DNA from: Planctomycetota bacterium
GTDB lineage: Bacteria > Planctomycetota > UBA8108 > SXIK01
Direction of reading: 5' to 3'
Length of the DNA stretch: 64,000 nucleotides
Assembly: GCA_965223265.1 (NCBI GenBank)
Contig: OZ244999.1
Coordinates: 2,848,001-2,912,000, forward strand
Of the stretch, positions 58,946-64,000 are shown piece by piece. Every line of letters starts with the position of its first letter. Position 1 is the first letter of the stretch. Position numbers and translations under genes: made by a program. The notes beneath the pieces were generated by a model. It saw only the letters and a list, made by a program, of their open reading frames with translations. It searched no databases and was not told where the DNA came from.

Positions 58946-59761
58946 ATGCATGTGATGGGGTCAACAGTCAGGCTTGCTGGCCCTGGGGCACGCTCGCTTC
59001 GCGGTCCGTCCACGGCGTTCTTCGTGCTGGCGTCTCTCTTTCTCGGCGGCTGCGCAGCGACCGAAGAAGAGCCGGAGTCGTTCAGCGAATTTCTCGAGCG
59101 CAACAGCAACCTTCTCACTGAGCTTGGCAGCTACCAAGTCGAGGTGAGCGCGAACGCGGTGCGCCGCGTCAAAGGCCTTGGTCGCGATCAGGGGCGCGCG
59201 CTCGTCCTGCATCTTCTGCGAGATCCGCAGCTCGAGAATTATCGCGTTGAAGTGGTTTTGGCACGCATCCTTGCCGAGTGGAAAGACCCGCGGGCCATTC
59301 CATATTTGCTCCAGTTCTTGCGCCATCCCGATCGCGGTGCAGCGAAGAATGCTTCGGAGGGGCTCGTCGTCTTCGGCGGCGAGACCGACGTGATCGAGGC
59401 GTTCGAGGAAATCCTTGAAGGCGACGTCGTCGGCGATCGCGAGCTGGTTGCGGACACGCTCGGCGCCATGAAGGGGCCGCGTGCGGTCGAGCTGGCAGTG
59501 CGCCACTATCCGCACGAGCCCGATCGCAACGTCCGCGGAGGCCTCTTCATGGCGGCTCAAAGTGCCAGCGAACCGCAGCGGCAGCGATTCCTCGTCGAAG
59601 TGTTGAACGACGACGATCTCAGCATGCGCGACATGGCGTGGCGGGCGCTCCAGCAGTACCGCTCATTGCCCAAAACTGACTATCGCCCGCAGGCGGACGC
59701 TCAGTCTCGCGCGGCCGCCGTCGCAGCTTTGCGCCGATGGGCAGGGGCGGAGGCGCAGTGA
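58946..59761 (+). CDS. HEAT-repeat lipoprotein
   Basis: Lipobox LGGC; HEAT/PBS repeats ('DPRAIPYLLQFLRHPD', 'ADTLGAM..PRAV', 'LNDDDLSMRDMAWRAL'). Confidence 0.78.
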   Translation: MHVMGSTVRLAGPGARSLRGPSTAFFVLASLFLGGCAATEEEPESFSEFLERNSNLLTELGSYQVEVSANAVRRVKGLGRDQGRALVLHLLRDPQLENYRVEVVLARILAEWKDPRAIPYLLQFLRHPDRGAAKNASEGLVVFGGETDVIEAFEEILEGDVVGDRELVADTLGAMKGPRAVELAVRHYPHEPDRNVRGGLFMAAQSASEPQRQRFLVEVLNDDDLSMRDMAWRALQQYRSLPKTDYRPQADAQSRAAAVAALRRWAGAEAQ

Positions 59762-59873
59762 TTTTCGTTGCGGGCGCGGCGCGGGGACAGCGTCGGATGC
59801 AGAGACAGAAGTCAGAGACAGAAGCACGGTCAGATTCGGAATACCGATACAGAGTCAGATAGAACGCCAGGGT

Positions 59874-59971
59874 ACGCCCACGCCCACGCCCACGCCCACG
59901 CAATCGCCAATCGCCTACGCCAACCCACACCCACGCAATCGCGAATCGCTCAAGCCAACCCACACCCACGC
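59874..59971. repeat. Intergenic simple repeats: (ACGCCC)x4+ and a duplicated AATCGC...GCCAACCCACACCCACGC block
   Basis: ACGCCC units at 59874-59901; CAACCCACACCCACGC at ~59921 and ~59956. Confidence 0.75.
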
Positions 59972-60099
59972 GAACGCAACTTTTGAACGCCCACGGGTCC
60001 CTCGTCCCACAGCCCCAGCCGCTGAGACTTCCCCGTGCCGTGGATTTTGTGTTAGCTTCTAGAATTTGGAGCCGCTGCGTCCGGAGAAGGTGACGGAAG

Positions 60100-61224
60100 A
60101 TGAACGCGCTCGATTACAACTGCGATCTCGTGGCGTTCGACAGCGTCAGTCGACGCTCGAACCAGCCGGTGAGCGACTACGTGCAGGCGGCGCTCGAGCG
60201 ACTCGAGTTCGTCGTCGAACGCCTGGAGTACGAAGTCGCTGGCGAGCGGAAGGTCAGCTTGGTTGCCAAGAAAGGCAGCGGCGCCGGCGGCATGGCCTAC
60301 TTCGCGCACACCGACGTGGTGCCTGCCGATACATGGTTCAGCGACGAGCACGGTCCTTTTTCTCCGACGGTGAAGAACGGTAAACTCTACGGTCGCGGCA
60401 GCTGCGACATGAAAGGGTCGCTTGCCTGCATGCTCGCCGCCGTCGAAGACTTGGGCGTGACCGCGCTGCGGGCACCGGTCTACATCACATGTACTGCCGA
60501 CGAGGAGATCGGCTACGGCGGTGCGGCGCACGTGGCGCGTGAGTCGAAGCTCTATCGGGAGATGGTCGAAGGTGAGAGCCGCGGGATCATCGGCGAGCCG
60601 ACGCAGCTCGATGTCGTGTACGCCCACAAAGGGACCTTTGGCATCGTCGCCACGTCGCACGGACGCGCGGCACACTCGAGTACGCGCGAAGGGGTGAACG
60701 CCAATCTGGCGATGATTCCGTTCCTTGCCGAGATGAAACGTATCCATGACGAAACACTCACCGATCCCGCTTGGCTGAGCGACGAATTCGATCCGCCTCA
60801 CATCAGTTGGAACATCGGCATCAACGATCACACAGCGGCGGTCAACATCACGCCGCCGAAGAGCGTGTGCACGATTTACTTCAGAACGATGCCCGGCCAG
60901 GATGCCGAGATCTTGATCGGACGCGCGCGCGCCGCCGCCGAGGCGGCCGGCCTGGAGTTTGAGGTCCGCGCCAAGGGGACGCCGCTCTACGTCGATCCGC
61001 AGTCGCACTTTGTGTCGGAGCTGCTCGAGCTTGCCGGCGCGGAGCGTCCGAAGACCGTGTCGTACGGTACAGACGCGACCCAGTTCTCCGAGATGAAGCA
61101 TTTGGCGGTCTTCGGCCCTGGCGACATTGCCCAGGCGCACACCGATGACGAGTGGATCGATCTGCGCCAGCTGGAGCTTGGCACGGAAGCCTACACGCGA
61201 CTTGTCCGCGCTTGGTGCTGCTGA
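60100..61224 (+). CDS. argE: Acetylornithine deacetylase ArgE (M20 family)
   Basis: 'AHTDVVP', 'LYGRGSCDMKG', 'ADEEIG', 'IIGEPT', 'AHKG', 'GRAAHSS', 'YGTDA', 'GPGDIAQAHTDDEW'. Confidence 0.88.
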   Translation: MNALDYNCDLVAFDSVSRRSNQPVSDYVQAALERLEFVVERLEYEVAGERKVSLVAKKGSGAGGMAYFAHTDVVPADTWFSDEHGPFSPTVKNGKLYGRGSCDMKGSLACMLAAVEDLGVTALRAPVYITCTADEEIGYGGAAHVARESKLYREMVEGESRGIIGEPTQLDVVYAHKGTFGIVATSHGRAAHSSTREGVNANLAMIPFLAEMKRIHDETLTDPAWLSDEFDPPHISWNIGINDHTAAVNITPPKSVCTIYFRTMPGQDAEILIGRARAAAEAAGLEFEVRAKGTPLYVDPQSHFVSELLELAGAERPKTVSYGTDATQFSEMKHLAVFGPGDIAQAHTDDEWIDLRQLELGTEAYTRLVRAWCC

Positions 61225-61410
61225 CGAGCAGCTCGCGGGCGATTGACGGCGTCTCCGGACCCCAGCGCGGCGCCGACTGTGCTTGATCTCGAGCCGTTTG
61301 GGGGCGGTCGTTACTCTTTGTCTCGCATGGTGTTAAGCTATTCGCTAGAGCGGAGAGCGGCGGTGCCAGCGGCGACGCTCGTTGGCCGGCGTGAATGATT
61401 CGACGCAGGT

Positions 61411-61454
61411 CTTGACAGAAGAAGCGGGTGTGATCACACTAAGATCTTTGTCAG
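61411..61454 (+). promoter_or_regulatory. Promoter/operator candidate with nested palindromes
   Basis: TTGACA at 61412, 17 nt, then CACACT; perfect palindrome GTGTGATCACAC (61428-61439) inside an imperfect TGACAGAAG/CTTTGTCA inverted repeat. Confidence 0.45.
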
Positions 61455-61531
61455 GAACGACTTGCGGCGTAGGTTCGGGCGGCGTCGGGCCGCCGAGCGG
61501 GCGCCTCAGCCGAGAGGAGGTCACCAGGACG

Positions 61532-64000
61532 GTGGCATCGCGAAGCGACATGATCAGTCTCAGTCGAGGTGTGTTGTGTCTGCTGGTGGCCGGCTTGTTG
61601 GCCGTCGGCCCGCAAACCACGCGTGGCGATGTTGCAGCTGCCGCAGCTCTGCCAGCTGCCGTAGCTGCAAAGGTGACAACGGCGTACCACGACGTCCGCG
61701 TTGATCCCGAGCAGGTGGAGTTGATCGGCCCCGTGGCTCGCTACACGCTTCTTGTCAGCGGCGTCCGCGCCGGCGGCGCGCAACGCGACGATCTGACGAC
61801 GACGGCGCGCTTCGACTCGGAGACGCCGGGGGTCGTGGCCGTGGACGAGCGCGGCGTTTTGCGGCCGGTCGCCGATGGCGTCGGCACCGTCCGAGTTGAC
61901 GCCGGCGGCTTCAGCAAACGAGTGACCGTGACGGTCCAGCATGCGGACTCACGGCACGCCTTTAGCTTCGTCAGTGACGTCATGCCGATCCTGGGTAAGT
62001 TCGGCTGCAGCGGTGCGGGTTGTCACGGCAAGGCGGAAGGCCAGAACGGATTCAAGCTGTCGGTGTTCGACTCGGATCCGCGGGCGGATCATCAAGCGAT
62101 CACGTCGGACAGTCGTGGCCGGCGCGTCAACGTGGGCGCTCCCGAGCACAGCCTCATACTTCTCAAAGCTTCGGGGCGTGTGCCGCATGGCGGCGGCAGC
62201 CGCATTCTCGCTTCGACGGAGGAGTACGCGACGCTTCGCGAGTGGCTGCGGGCTGGGGCTCCGTATGGCGCCGACGTCGGGGCGGAGGTTGTGCGCGTGG
62301 AGGTCACTCCCAAGCAGCGGCTCTTGTCGATGGACGATCGGCAACAACTGCGTGTGGTGGCGCATTACTCCGACGATACATGGCGTGACATCACGAACGT
62401 CGCCCGTTACGAGTCGAACAATCCGGTGCTCGCTGAAGTCGCCGAAGACGGATTGGTCACGACGCGAGATCGACCCGGTAGTGCCGCTGTGCGCGCCAGC
62501 TATCTCAATCATTTTGATGTTATGTCGGTGCTGATTCCGCGTCCCGAAGTGATTGCGGACTACCCCGAGCTGCCGGCGCATCACTTCATCGACCGACTCG
62601 TCTACGCGAAGCTCCGGGCGCTGAACATCGTCCCTTCCGAGGTCTCGACGGGCGCTGAGTATCTTCGACGTGTCTACCTTGACGTCATTGGTACGCTCCC
62701 AAGCGCGGACGAGGTGCGCCGCTTCCTTGCCGACGAGCGTCCCGATCGGCGTGCGCGTATCGTCGACGAGTTGCTCACGCGTCCTGAGTATGCGGATTAC
62801 TGGGCGCTTCGCTGGTCCGACATCCTGCGCGTTGAACGCGGCAGCGGCGCGTTGGATCACCGCAGCGCCTACTCCTACTACCGGTGGATCCGTGACAGCT
62901 TCGCGGCGAACAAGCGTCTCGATCAGTTCGCCCGCGAGATCGTGACAGCGCGCGGCGCTCTAGTCGATTCGCCTCAAGGCTTTTTCTACAAGGTGGTGGG
63001 CGATCCTGGGGAGCGCGCGAGCCAACTTTCGCAGGCGTTTCTCGGTATCAATATCTCCTGTGCTCAGTGCCACCATCACCCCACAGACGTCTGGACGCAG
63101 TCGGACTACTACGGCATGCAGAGTTTCTTCACCGCAGTGAGCTTCAAAGGCACACCACGTGGCGAGGCTCTGCGCTCGGCGGGCAACCCACAGACAAAGC
63201 ATCCGCGCACAGGTGAGGTCGTATATCCGCACCCCTTGGGAACCAAGATGCCGCCAGCGCCTCCGTCTGCTGCGCCCCCGATTGAAGATCGCCGCGAGCG
63301 ACTAGCCGAATGGCTGATCGACCCGCACAACCCGTGGTTTGCGCGCAATATGGCTAATCGCATCTGGGCGCACTTCACGGGCCGAGGCCTTGTCCATCCT
63401 GTCGACGATGTCCGCGGATCGAACCCACCATCGAACGCCGCACTACTTGATGCGCTCGCGGCCCGACTCGTCGAGCTCGATTACGACATGCACGGGTTCA
63501 TTCGTGAGATTACCTCGTCACGTGTCTACCAGTCTTCTTCGGTTCCTAACGCGACGAATGCCTCGGACGAGCAGAACTACTCCCGTGCGATTCTCAAGCC
63601 CCTCGAAGCTGAAGTGCTGCTCGATGCCGTCTGCGCCGCTACAGGGGTCTCAGAGAAGTTTCCGGACGTGGCACCAGGCTACCGCGCCATACAGCTTTGG
63701 GACAGTGGCGTGGATCACTACTTCCTGAAGCTATTTGGCCGTCCGGTACGCAAGTCGGCGTGTCTTTGCGAGCGCATCAGTGAAGCCAATGTCGCGCAAG
63801 CTCTTCATCTGATGAACTCGCCGCAGATTCACGCCAAGCTCAAGCATCCCAGCGGCGCCGTGCGGCAGTTGGTGCGACGTCACGCCGACGACCAAGAGCT
63901 CGTGGAAGAGCTCTACTTGCGTTTCTTCGGTCGCTCGACCGACCCGGATGAGCTCGCGACCGCGCTTGCTTACATCGAACGAGTGGGAGATCGCATGCGC
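61532..64000 (+). CDS. Planctomycete DUF1549/DUF1553 protein with Ig-like (Big_2) domains (partial, runs off window)
   Basis: Missing from the ORF track because there is no stop. AGGAGG RBS, GTG 61532/ATG 61550, signal peptide, 'SFVSDVMPILGKFGCSGAGCHG..EGQNGFKLS', 'YLRRVYLDVIG', 'CAQCHHHP', 'FARNMANRIWAHF.GRGLV'. Confidence 0.9.
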   Translation, partial: MASRSDMISLSRGVLCLLVAGLLAVGPQTTRGDVAAAAALPAAVAAKVTTAYHDVRVDPEQVELIGPVARYTLLVSGVRAGGAQRDDLTTTARFDSETPGVVAVDERGVLRPVADGVGTVRVDAGGFSKRVTVTVQHADSRHAFSFVSDVMPILGKFGCSGAGCHGKAEGQNGFKLSVFDSDPRADHQAITSDSRGRRVNVGAPEHSLILLKASGRVPHGGGSRILASTEEYATLREWLRAGAPYGADVGAEVVRVEVTPKQRLLSMDDRQQLRVVAHYSDDTWRDITNVARYESNNPVLAEVAEDGLVTTRDRPGSAAVRASYLNHFDVMSVLIPRPEVIADYPELPAHHFIDRLVYAKLRALNIVPSEVSTGAEYLRRVYLDVIGTLPSADEVRRFLADERPDRRARIVDELLTRPEYADYWALRWSDILRVERGSGALDHRSAYSYYRWIRDSFAANKRLDQFAREIVTARGALVDSPQGFFYKVVGDPGERASQLSQAFLGINISCAQCHHHPTDVWTQSDYYGMQSFFTAVSFKGTPRGEALRSAGNPQTKHPRTGEVVYPHPLGTKMPPAPPSAAPPIEDRRERLAEWLIDPHNPWFARNMANRIWAHFTGRGLVHPVDDVRGSNPPSNAALLDALAARLVELDYDMHGFIREITSSRVYQSSSVPNATNASDEQNYSRAILKPLEAEVLLDAVCAATGVSEKFPDVAPGYRAIQLWDSGVDHYFLKLFGRPVRKSACLCERISEANVAQALHLMNSPQIHAKLKHPSGAVRQLVRRHADDQELVEELYLRFFGRSTDPDELATALAYIERVGDRMR

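Overview
High-GC bacterial chromosomal window, most likely from a planctomycete (DUF1549/DUF1553 protein, ASPIC/UnbV CRTAC1-like protein, giant PQQ-propeller/TPR protein, PVC-style lipoproteins). In order it carries: a type IV pilus/T2SS-like pilM(end)-N-O-(TPR-PilP-like)-Q operon; rne/rng with a very long disordered N-terminus, then rplU-rpmA-obgE; pilT/U; coaX and an mnmE-like GTPase; pyrR-pyrB-pyrC, where pyrC has the catalytic Asp replaced by Gly; a four-gene cluster (HMG-CoA-reductase-like, acyltransferase, alkyl-DHAP synthase, SDR) that mirrors the eukaryotic peroxisomal ether-lipid pathway; a secreted Arg/Ser- and His/Tyr-rich TPR protein; a sigZ-DUF2703 islet next to a decayed tyrosine recombinase; sppA; a CRTAC1-like lipoprotein; a sensor-less sigma54 activator; mlaEFD preceded by an aromatic WPF-repeat lipoprotein and a ~1,800-aa propeller/TPR protein; two-component genes; rluD-like, DUF72 and YkgJ genes; a TPR-CHAT protease/orphan secretin/HEAT-lipoprotein operon; argE; and a DUF1549/1553 gene that runs off the end. 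Two copies of a ~160-bp palindromic MITE with 4-bp target duplications are present. No rRNA, tRNA or CRISPR array was seen. The best candidates for undescribed systems are the ether-lipid cluster (17975-22695) and the CHAT-secretin operon (52043-59761). All calls come from by-eye motif recognition; no database searches were run.
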